64,000 nucleotides of DNA from a virus. Positions 48,954 to 56,485 of this stretch are shown here, in pieces. The translations under genes were made by a program, and so were the position numbers. The notes under the pieces are model-generated. The model did not search any database. It saw only the letters and a list, made by a program, of their open reading frames with translations, and was not told where the DNA came from. Location of the stretch: positions 1-64,000 of the IMG/VR virus record IMGVR_UViG_3300037237_000386. One strand, given 5' to 3'. How positions within the stretch are numbered: position 1 is the stretch's first letter; every line of letters begins with the position of its first letter.

Positions 48954-49832
48954 ATGAGCAAGCGGACGACCGAGTTTCTACCACCCGTCACCTACCAAGG
49001 CGGCAAGGGCCGCCTAGCAGCGCAGATCGTCGAGACGATGGGGCTCCCCATCGCCGGTCGATTCTATGACCTCTGTTGCGGCTCGGGCGCCATCTCAGTT
49101 GCCGCAGTCGAGCGGGGCCAAGACCCGAGCCGCATCACAATGGTCGACCTCTCGCCATGGGGTCTCTTCTGGAAGTCGATTGGCGACGGGTCCTTTGACG
49201 TTTCTCAATTCGAGTTGCATGCAGCGCGAGTGCCACGCGACCCCTGGAAGATAAAAGAATACGTAGAAGCCCTTTCGCGAGAGCGCGTGGGCGACGATCG
49301 CGTCTATGTGTTCCTGATCTTGCAGGCTGCACGGTTTGGCGGCGCGGCGATCTGGATTGACGGAGAGAAGTGGTGTGGCGGCGGCTTCCGTCAATACTGG
49401 ACATCGGCGTCGTCGAAAAAGGAACCGACACGCGGTCGAGAGAACCCCAATTCAACACCGCCCATGTGCCCCATGCCCGACGTCATCGTAGCGCGGTGCC
49501 GATCGCTCGCTCAGAGGATGCGAGGGGTACGAGCCATCTGCGACGACCTTGGCAGACCGGGATTCGACCTGCGTCTAGTCGTTGGGGACGGAGATGTTGC
49601 TTACATCGATCCCCCCTACGCAGGGACGTCGAAATATGGCTACGAAGTTGACGCCTCAAAACTGGCCTCGTCGCTCGGCGTGCCGTGTTGGGTTTCTGAG
49701 GGACGCGGACTTACACCTGGCGCCATCTGTCTCTCGCGTGGACGCATGAAGGGCGGCATGTCCGGCACCCGAACACGCGCTCCGAACGAAGAATGGATCA
49801 GTCCGTTCGGAACCGAAAAAGTGCGGACATGA
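48954..49832 (+). CDS. DNA adenine methyltransferase (Dam/D12-like)
   Basis: YQGGK, DLCCGSGAIS, YIDPPY; lower GC than the flanks. Confidence 0.85.
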   Translation: MSKRTTEFLPPVTYQGGKGRLAAQIVETMGLPIAGRFYDLCCGSGAISVAAVERGQDPSRITMVDLSPWGLFWKSIGDGSFDVSQFELHAARVPRDPWKIKEYVEALSRERVGDDRVYVFLILQAARFGGAAIWIDGEKWCGGGFRQYWTSASSKKEPTRGRENPNSTPPMCPMPDVIVARCRSLAQRMRGVRAICDDLGRPGFDLRLVVGDGDVAYIDPPYAGTSKYGYEVDASKLASSLGVPCWVSEGRGLTPGAICLSRGRMKGGMSGTRTRAPNEEWISPFGTEKVRT

Positions 49833-49851
49833 CACTCGCGCTTTTGCGCGC
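49821..49851 (+). repeat. 31-bp direct repeat, copy A
   Basis: GTGCGGACATGACACTCGCGCTTTTGCGCGC; 30/31 identical to 51757-51787. Confidence 0.9.
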
Positions 49852-49883
49852 GTGTAGCGACGAACAGCAGGAGAGGTGAGACC

Positions 49884-50096
49884 ATGTACCGAATCGAGAG
49901 GCAGCACGAGGGACCGACGCGGGGGCACTGGCTCCCGGTCAAGGGGGCAACGTACGGGACGCGCGAGGAGGCCGCCACGGCGCTCAGGGAGACCATGGCG
50001 AACGAGCTGCGGCGGGCGAAGGCAGAGGGCCGGAGCAAGACGGAGCGGTTCAGGATTGCGCTGGCGGTCACGGCGGCGTGCATGGTGCTCCAGTGA
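49884..50096 (+). CDS. Hypothetical protein
   Basis: RBS GAGGTG. Confidence 0.5.
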   Translation: MYRIERQHEGPTRGHWLPVKGATYGTREEAATALRETMANELRRAKAEGRSKTERFRIALAVTAACMVLQ

Positions 50097-50602
50097 GCAG
50101 GGGGTCGACGCCCATCTCGGGCTCTCCCGAAGAAGTGGCCGAGCTGCGCGTGGTGGCCAAGGCGCCACCTCAGATGCTGGAGCAGAAGGCCGAGCTGGAG
50201 GCCGCGTATGCCCGCATCAAGGAGCTGATGGCTGAGGCCGAGAAGGAAGAGGTGCGCTGGCAGGAGCGCATCGCGGCGGTAATCACGTCCGCCGGCCTGA
50301 CGCCAATCGATGCGAGCGGAAACGAGTCGGGCGACCCGCTCGATTGGACCGCGGATCAAGTAGCGGCAGCACTAGGGGAGTTGAATGCAGCAGCCGACGA
50401 ATCGCGCGCCCACGACGGGGCGCTTTCCGCGTTCTCCCCCGAACAGCGCGCCGAACTGGAGAAGCCGATTGCTCCCGCCCCCGCACTGGATCGGTGGGAC
50501 GGTACGTTCCTGAACTGCTGTGGCCTTCGGCAGCTCGCGGCGACATGGTGTCGACTCTGCCGCCTCGACAGGGACGGAAAGCCACACGGGAGGGGGGCGT
50601 AA
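50093..50602 (+). CDS. Hypothetical protein
   Basis: Coupled ORF. Confidence 0.5.
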   Translation: MSRGSTPISGSPEEVAELRVVAKAPPQMLEQKAELEAAYARIKELMAEAEKEEVRWQERIAAVITSAGLTPIDASGNESGDPLDWTADQVAAALGELNAAADESRAHDGALSAFSPEQRAELEKPIAPAPALDRWDGTFLNCCGLRQLAATWCRLCRLDRDGKPHGRGA

Positions 50603-50958
50603 TGGGGCAGTACAGGGAGCGACACGGACGAGATGGTGAGAAGATTCAGCTCGTCCTCACGTCGGATGAGCAGAAGCGCATCTGGGCGAATGCGGAGCGA
50701 ACGGCTGAGCGCGTGCGGCAGTGGCCTGAGTGGAAACGCGGCGGGCATCAAGGGCGATTTGTGCTCGCCCTCACGTGCTGCGGCCGAGACGACGGCGAAG
50801 CCTCATTCGATACGTGGGATGATGCGGACGAGTTCCGTGAGCACTACCTGTCCGGTCCCGGCGTCGGTCTCCCGACAGAGACACGCTTCGGCCGTGGAGG
50901 TCATTCGAGGAGCGCGATCATCGTCGTTTGCGCTGTACGTACTGAACGCCCGTCTTAG
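50602..50958 (+). CDS. Hypothetical protein
   Basis: TAATG coupling. Confidence 0.5.
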   Translation: MGQYRERHGRDGEKIQLVLTSDEQKRIWANAERTAERVRQWPEWKRGGHQGRFVLALTCCGRDDGEASFDTWDDADEFREHYLSGPGVGLPTETRFGRGGHSRSAIIVVCAVRTERPS

Positions 50959-50974
50959 AATCGACACCAGGCCC

Positions 50975-51003
50975 TTGCGCTGTACGTACGGAGCACGTAT
51001 AGT
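50975..51003 (+). promoter_or_regulatory. Sigma70-type promoter overlapped by a 15-bp direct repeat
   Basis: TTGCGC-17nt-TATAGT; TTGCGCTGTACGTAC also at 50928-50942. Confidence 0.7.
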
Positions 51004-51054
51004 CTAGTCATCAGACAGCGACGACGCCCGCTGCGGGGATGGGCTCCCGGTAAG

Positions 51055-51306
51055 AAGGGCTGAGAAGAAGGTGCGTACCTACAAGGAACGCGCGGGACTG
51101 CGGTGGCTAAGAGCCGAGCGAGCGCGGGAAGGTGAAAGTAGGGCTTGCACCGAAAGCCCCCTAATGGCCGCGAGGCAGGACGAAGGGGTGAGTAGGCGGC
51201 CGTCCGAAATGCCCTAACCTGTACGTCTCCGTAACCGCTCGGCGCTTCAAGCCGCCTCGACGTTCGGCTCAGGAGAGATGACGCACGCACCTTCTTCTCA
51301 GCCCTT
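51055..51306 (+). ncRNA. Candidate structured RNA or leader closed by a perfect 22-bp inverted repeat
   Basis: AAGGGCTGAGAAGAAGGTGCGT (51055-51076) pairs with 51285-51306; nested stems; a GCGA tetraloop. Confidence 0.55.
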
Positions 51307-51319
51307 GAGAGGACGAGAG

Positions 51320-51598
51320 ATGGACTTCACGGCAATCGACCTGTTCGACGGAGAGTTTTCGTTCCTGCCGTTCGAGGCGGGCGTTCGCTACGGCGAGGTC
51401 CCGCTCTACCCGACCAGCGAGGACTTCCACAACTTCGTCAGCACGAAGTGTCACGAGCAGCGTCCTGCGGCACACTGGCACCTGGAGGCCGTCCGCTGGC
51501 GCCGTCAACACCCTGGCAAGCCGCTGAACGATGGCCTCAAGGAAATCGCCATCGCGACCGCAGCGGCCATCCACAAGACGCTCGACGAGGACCGATGA
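51320..51598 (+). CDS. Hypothetical protein (alternative start at 51278)
   Basis: RBS GAGG just after the inverted repeat. Confidence 0.55.
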   Translation: MDFTAIDLFDGEFSFLPFEAGVRYGEVPLYPTSEDFHNFVSTKCHEQRPAAHWHLEAVRWRRQHPGKPLNDGLKEIAIATAAAIHKTLDEDR

Positions 51599-51768
51599 CG
51601 CGCTCCGGCACCCCGACGACGCCCAACGGCCGGCGCAAGCGTCCGATGGTGACGCTGACGCTCTCGCCGGAGGCACTTGCCCGGCTGGACGACCTCGCAG
51701 CCGAGCGCGGGCAGACGCGCAGCGGTGCCGTCGAGGCCCTCATCCGCAACGCGCGCGTGCGGACGTGA
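51595..51768 (+). CDS. Ribbon-helix-helix (CopG-like) regulator
   Basis: MVTLTLSPEALARLDDLAAERGQTRSGAVEALI. Confidence 0.8.
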   Translation: MTRSGTPTTPNGRRKRPMVTLTLSPEALARLDDLAAERGQTRSGAVEALIRNARVRT

Positions 51769-51787
51769 CACTCGCGCTTTTGCGCGC
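51757..51787 (+). repeat. 31-bp direct repeat, copy B
   Basis: GTGCGGACGTGACACTCGCGCTTTTGCGCGC. Confidence 0.9.
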
Positions 51788-51809
51788 AAACCGAGAGGAG
51801 ACGACCGAG

Positions 51810-52046
51810 ATGAGTGAAGGTGGAATCCGAAGTGCCGTCACCGTGCACCTGTCATTCTGGGACCGCGTCCGTGTGCTCTTCGGGGCGCGCATGGTCGTGT
51901 ACCTGGACACGAATGTGGAGAAGGACCCGGGTCGCCTCGTGAGCGAAGAGTCGCACGTGTGCATCGGTGAGCCGAAGGGTGGGCAGTTGATAGCGGAGTG
52001 CCGCGCTAGCCTGCGCGCGAAGAGGAACGGAACGAGGAGGACGTGA
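51810..52046 (+). CDS. Hypothetical protein
   Basis: RBS GAGGAG; LSFWDRVRVLFG. Confidence 0.5.
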   Translation: MSEGGIRSAVTVHLSFWDRVRVLFGARMVVYLDTNVEKDPGRLVSEESHVCIGEPKGGQLIAECRASLRAKRNGTRRT

Positions 52047-52270
52047 TGGATCAAGCCGAGCTGGATGAGCAGGAACGATTCGACCGCCGTAAGGCGCGCG
52101 AGAAGGTGGAGACACGTCGCCAGGAGTTGAGGTCGGCCGTCGTGCGGCGGGCACGTGACCTGCGCGACAAGTCATCGGGCGACCCGGATCTGGCGCCGGA
52201 GTGGGAGGCGCTGGACGACGCCCTCCACGCACTCGACGACTTCGCCGCGAGTCAGGAGCCGATGCCGTGA
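52046..52270 (+). CDS. Hypothetical protein
   Basis: RBS GAGGAGG. Confidence 0.5.
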   Translation: MDQAELDEQERFDRRKAREKVETRRQELRSAVVRRARDLRDKSSGDPDLAPEWEALDDALHALDDFAASQEPMP

Positions 52271-52430
52271 AGCGTTCGGGACGTGTGGCGTCTGTCGGCT
52301 CACGGTGAGGGCGTGCGAGCGCGACGGCGCCGAGGGGCGCGATCTGGTGTGCGGCGGGTACGCGCTGCGCAGGGGTGCGCGGTTGGACGATCTGAAACGC
52401 GCCGAGTGATGCGCGCTGCACCCTACGGAT

Positions 52431-53018
52431 GTGCACGACGAGCGCGGGTGCTGCATCATGGGAGGCATGCCATGCAAGCACGGACTGAACCCGCAAGCGT
52501 GCCTCCCCTGCTTCCACGAGAAGCGAAACGCGGCCCCCACGTCGAAGCCGGCGGAGCGTGCGCCGGTGCCCAAGAACAACGTCATCGACGCGGTGAAGCA
52601 GGCTCGCCTCGACGCGCAGCAGGCGGAGGGAGCCGTCAACATTCGTCTGAGGGCCGCTGGGCTACCCAATCTGCCGCCGGGCACGGACGTGCTCGAGCCG
52701 ACGGTGCACGTGGGTCCGACGCGTGTGGGCTACGAGAACGACGGCACGCCCATCGCGCAGCCCAAGCAGGAGGACCCGGAGCTCGGCAGGCCCAAGGTGA
52801 GGGGCAAGATGCCGGTGCCGGTGCTGCACGGGGGAGCGGTCGCGGGTCAGGCGCAGAAGACGCTGGAGCCATTTAGCTACGCGAGCGCGAAGCCTTGGCA
52901 CACGAAGACTGTCACTGTCGCGGGCGTGCAGCAGACCATCGCGGTGCCCCCGCGACACGGGAGCATCATCGACAGTCTGCCGAGGCACCCGAACCCGGAG
53001 CCAGCGCTCCGGCGCTGA
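52431..53018 (+). CDS. Pro-rich hypothetical protein
   Basis: CKHG...CLPC; stop abuts a palindrome. Confidence 0.5.
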   Translation: MHDERGCCIMGGMPCKHGLNPQACLPCFHEKRNAAPTSKPAERAPVPKNNVIDAVKQARLDAQQAEGAVNIRLRAAGLPNLPPGTDVLEPTVHVGPTRVGYENDGTPIAQPKQEDPELGRPKVRGKMPVPVLHGGAVAGQAQKTLEPFSYASAKPWHTKTVTVAGVQQTIAVPPRHGSIIDSLPRHPNPEPALRR

Positions 53019-53019
53019 C

Positions 53020-53035
53020 GGAAACCCGGGTTTCC
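53020..53035. repeat. 16-bp palindrome, copy 10
   Basis: Exact; 7 nt before CATGAC-N7-ATG(53056). Confidence 0.95.
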
Positions 53036-53055
53036 CCCGCGGCATGACCCTTCGC

Positions 53056-53298
53056 ATGGAAGACGGGGACCGGAAGCGGCTGAAGCTCCTGATGACGGCG
53101 ATGAACGAGGCGCTGGAGCACAACAAGCTGCTCGACGCGCTGGCGGAGCTGGCACCGCTACTGACAGAGGACGACGAGCTGCAGGCGGCCGGGGCGTTCG
53201 TCGGTGCGGCGAGCGCGTTCGCGGCGGCGAGGAAGGCGCTGCTCGACGTGGTGGCGCAGCCGCACGTGACCAAGCTGCGGCAGAAGCTGCAGTCGTGA
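53056..53298 (+). CDS. Hypothetical protein
   Basis: Leaderless geometry. Confidence 0.5.
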   Translation: MEDGDRKRLKLLMTAMNEALEHNKLLDALAELAPLLTEDDELQAAGAFVGAASAFAAARKALLDVVAQPHVTKLRQKLQS

Positions 53299-53534
53299 GC
53301 AACATCGTACCGATCAGGAAGTGCAGGACCTGCGGGAAGCCAGCGACCCGGAGGACGCTTGCCCTGAACGATGTGCCGGTGGTCGACTTCAACTCGTGCG
53401 ATGAGTGCGTGGGGGAGACGGATGCCGAGCTCGCGCGAGCGAGGCCGGTGTTCGATGCGATGATCGGGGCGGGTGTACCGAGGGATGTGGCCAACGACGC
53501 GATGACGTTCTTGCTCGATCGGTGGAAGCCGTGA
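53295..53534 (+). CDS. Zn-finger hypothetical protein
   Basis: CRTC...CDEC. Confidence 0.5.
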   Translation: MSNIVPIRKCRTCGKPATRRTLALNDVPVVDFNSCDECVGETDAELARARPVFDAMIGAGVPRDVANDAMTFLLDRWKP

Positions 53535-53893
53535 GGCGAGCCTGGAAGACGGGCGACTGGGCGGACCGCGGGGGCATGGCGAGCTACCTGCACATGGTAC
53601 GTGCGCCGGATGACCCGGAGAGGACACCGCCGAACGGCAAGGACAGGACGGCGCTCTGGCGCAGGCAGCTGAAGAAGGCGAGCGTCGAGGTGTGGATGGA
53701 GCGGCTGCTCATGCACCTGGCCGAGCACGGCGCGATGACGTTCAACAGGGCGTGCGTGGAGCTCGTCGACAAGACGGCGGACGTCGTGCACGGGACGGCA
53801 CTCGACGAAGCTCTTTGGACGCTGGTGAGCCGGGGACACGTGGAACACACGACCAAGACACCCATCAAGTTCAGGGCAAGGAGGACAGTCTGA
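53531..53893 (+). CDS. Hypothetical protein
   Basis: Coupled ORF. Confidence 0.5.
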   Translation: MRRAWKTGDWADRGGMASYLHMVRAPDDPERTPPNGKDRTALWRRQLKKASVEVWMERLLMHLAEHGAMTFNRACVELVDKTADVVHGTALDEALWTLVSRGHVEHTTKTPIKFRARRTV

Positions 53894-54020
53894 TGCCGAC
53901 CTTGGAACAGATGGAGCGGTGGACGCTGATGATGGAACGGTTTGCCGCGCACACGGGGGCGGAGATGCGCCAGGAGACGCTGCGCATGCAGAGGGAGTCG
54001 GTGCGGGAGCGAGAGGTCAA

Positions 54021-54036
54021 GGAAACCCGGGTTTCC
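54021..54036. repeat. 16-bp palindrome, copy 11 (ETRVS in ORF 53893-54057)
   Basis: Exact; 18 nt before TAGTCT-N7-GTG(54068). Confidence 0.95.
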
Positions 54037-54067
54037 CTGGAGACCACGGACGGCTAGTCTCCACCCC

Positions 54068-54715
54068 GTGGGCGAGTTCAACGAGGACGACCACCCGCGA
54101 GGGGATGGTGGCAAGTTTGCGACTGGGGGAGGAGCCGTCCACGCCAGCAAGGCGCGCCACGAGGCCAGGCAGGCGAGCAAGGGAGCCGCCAAGGCCTCCC
54201 ACGGCGCCACCACGAAGGCCGAGCACGAGGGGGCGGCCCAGGCCCACGGGGCAGCCGCCAAAGCGCATCAGGAGGCATCCTCGGCGCACGGCAAGGCAGC
54301 CGAGCACGCGCCCCCGGGCGAGCGCGGCGACCATCAGGCAGCCGCCAACGCCCACGCAGCCCAGGCCAAGGAGCACGAGGGCAAGGCGGAGCACCACGCG
54401 GGCGAGGCCAAGGCAGCACCCGAGCACAAGGGAGCAGCCGCCTGGGTGGCCGGGCGCATCAAGGGCCTGGGCGAGAAGCTGGAGAAGGCGAAGGAGGGGC
54501 TCGAGGAGCGTGGGGAGAAGGCCCAGGAGCTGGAGGAGCAGGCTCTCGAGGGCGACCCCCTCAAGGTCGTGGAGGAGGCGGGTGGCGCGGTCGCTCAGCG
54601 GATGGTGCCCGGCGCGGGCCTGGTCCGGGGAGCCGGCATGGCGGCGGGCGTCGCGGGGCGGGTCACGGGCAAGCACGAGAAGGGCGAGAAGCAGCACGAG
54701 GGCCACGAGGAATGA
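54068..54715 (+). CDS. His/Ala-rich protein with an FxExxHPR...GKF N-terminal motif
   Basis: GEFNEDDHPRGDGGKFATGG; HxxAAxAH repeats. Confidence 0.6.
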   Translation: MGEFNEDDHPRGDGGKFATGGGAVHASKARHEARQASKGAAKASHGATTKAEHEGAAQAHGAAAKAHQEASSAHGKAAEHAPPGERGDHQAAANAHAAQAKEHEGKAEHHAGEAKAAPEHKGAAAWVAGRIKGLGEKLEKAKEGLEERGEKAQELEEQALEGDPLKVVEEAGGAVAQRMVPGAGLVRGAGMAAGVAGRVTGKHEKGEKQHEGHEE

Positions 54716-55152
54716 GCGCGCTCGTCTTCGCCCGGAGCCGGGGCAGTCGGCAGAAGGCAGAGCAGGCGCTCGCCAGGATGCCGCAGAGCACGACGGGACA
54801 CGGGACGGCTGTGCCCTTCCCCTACGTGGACCGGGAGGCGTTCAAGAAGGCGCACGACAACGCGACCATCAACGCGGCCATCGAGAAGGCGCACGTGACC
54901 ACGGTGCCGCTGGAGGGCTTGCACGCCATCCAGCACTCGGTGAAGCCGAAGAGGGTGCTGCAGTACCTCGACGAGCCGCACCTGCGGCCGCCCGCGGACC
55001 TGCACCCGGCGGCCAAGACGCCCGTCGACTTCCCGGTGGTCATGGACTGGAAGGGGCGGCGGCTCATCTGGGACGGTCATCATCGGCTGACGGCGGCGAA
55101 GCTCAGCGGGGCGAAGGAGGCGAACGTGCGCCTGGTCCGCTTCGATGACTGA
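54712..55152 (+). CDS. Stand-alone ParB/Srx-like protein
   Basis: PVV...LIWDGHHRLTAAKLSG. Confidence 0.65.
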   Translation: MSALVFARSRGSRQKAEQALARMPQSTTGHGTAVPFPYVDREAFKKAHDNATINAAIEKAHVTTVPLEGLHAIQHSVKPKRVLQYLDEPHLRPPADLHPAAKTPVDFPVVMDWKGRRLIWDGHHRLTAAKLSGAKEANVRLVRFDD

Positions 55153-55441
55153 ACGCGACATGATGGGGGACGTGAAGGCAGACGACACGATCCCGCCGGA
55201 CACGCTGACGAGCACAATCCCGAGCCCGCCGGAGTTCGTTGTGGGTGTGGACCTCGGGTACGGCGACGACTGCATGACGGCGACGATCCTACGCCGGGAG
55301 GGCGAGCGGTACGTGGTGGAGGGCGTCGAGTTGGAACCCCCGCAGACGACCTTGGAGCGATTCGCGCTGAGGGAAACCCGGGTTTCCCTCGAGGGCTTCG
55401 AGGACATCGACCTGGCGGCGGAGCACCTCGACGACGAGTGA
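55145..55441 (+). CDS. Hypothetical protein
   Basis: VVGVDLGYGDD, resembling an RNase H-type first strand. Confidence 0.45.
   Translation: MTERDMMGDVKADDTIPPDTLTSTIPSPPEFVVGVDLGYGDDCMTATILRREGERYVVEGVELEPPQTTLERFALRETRVSLEGFEDIDLAAEHLDDE
55372..55387. repeat. 16-bp palindrome, copy 12 (ETRVS)
   Basis: Exact. Confidence 0.95.
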
Positions 55442-55454
55442 TACGCTCTGCTCC

Positions 55455-55946
55455 ATGCCGCACTGGTGGGAACACGAGAAGTACGACGAGCACTTCGGCC
55501 GGGAGCGCAGCTGCCTCGTGAGGCGCAAGGCGACGCGCGGCGACACGGTGCAGTTTCAGGTGCAGGTGTTCCAGCCAGCGCCGCCCGTCGGATTCCAGCC
55601 GCAGAGCACGCAGCCGGCGAAGGTGCCGCAGAACATCGCGGGTTGGTACGCGTGGGCGACGCTGAAGTACCAGTGGCCGGACGTGGACGCCCAGGCCATC
55701 GCGCAGGTGACCAGCCTGCCGAGGGGCACGCCGCCCGGCGGCAGCATCGTGTTCACGGAGGCGGGCAGCGGGATCATGCTCGTGACCTTCCCGCCGTTCG
55801 CGACGCAGAGCTTCCCGGACGGGGAGTTCGACGTCGTGTACGACGTGCAGACGCAGGACACCTCGAGTCCGGTCGTGACGACGACGCAGGAGCGAGGCGT
55901 CTTCACCTTCAGCCCGGACGCGACCCGGAGCATCACGCAGCCCTGA
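55455..55946 (+). CDS. Virion-associated beta-sandwich protein (BppU N-terminal-like)
   Basis: TRGDT...YDVQ...ERGVFTFSPDAT; TACGCT-N7-ATG. Confidence 0.5.
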   Translation: MPHWWEHEKYDEHFGRERSCLVRRKATRGDTVQFQVQVFQPAPPVGFQPQSTQPAKVPQNIAGWYAWATLKYQWPDVDAQAIAQVTSLPRGTPPGGSIVFTEAGSGIMLVTFPPFATQSFPDGEFDVVYDVQTQDTSSPVVTTTQERGVFTFSPDATRSITQP

Positions 55947-55968
55947 GCCTCGTGGTACCTTCCGGGGC

Positions 55969-56472
55969 ATGAGTCGCAAGACGCTCGCGCTCCTCTCGTT
56001 CCTCACCCTCGCGTGCCTGGCGGCGTGCGCGGGTCACGCCCCGGCTCAGGTGGAGCCGAACACGCCCAAGCACCATGTGCTCGGGGCCTCGACAGCGACG
56101 CCCATCGGCCCGAGTCCGGTGCTGGGAGCGGCCAGGCAGTACGACAGCCAGGGCTACATCAACAGCGACGTCGTCAAGGCGAGCTCGGGGTCCTTCCTCG
56201 GGGCGATGGGATCGAACAAGGGTGCGTCGCAGCTCTACTTCATGTGGTTCAACGCCACGAGCTTGCCGGCGAACGGGGCGACGCCGTCGATGATGCCGAT
56301 CCCGATTCCGGCGGGAGGGACGTTCTCGCTGGTGAACACCATCGCCACGGCGAACGCGGTGGCCTTCGGCCCGGTCATGTCGACGGGTCTCGTGTGGGCG
56401 GCGTCCACGACGGCGACGACGCTGACGGTGGACTCGACGAATAGCGTGTGGGTGACGGTCCAGTACTACTGA
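55969..56472 (+). CDS. Predicted lipoprotein with a beta-rich domain
   Basis: Signal peptide ending LAAC; TACCTT-N7-ATG. Confidence 0.6.
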   Translation: MSRKTLALLSFLTLACLAACAGHAPAQVEPNTPKHHVLGASTATPIGPSPVLGAARQYDSQGYINSDVVKASSGSFLGAMGSNKGASQLYFMWFNATSLPANGATPSMMPIPIPAGGTFSLVNTIATANAVAFGPVMSTGLVWAASTTATTLTVDSTNSVWVTVQYY

Positions 56473-56485
56473 GGGAGCGACGACG

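Noticed and set aside
51140-51220. Hammerhead ribozyme or group II intron domain V
   Set aside because: The CUGAnGA core and a proper domain V helix are not present
51055-51306. Retron or MITE
   Set aside because: No reverse transcriptase (YxDD) or transposase in the window and no target-site duplication flanking the inverted repeat; kept only as an unexplained structured element
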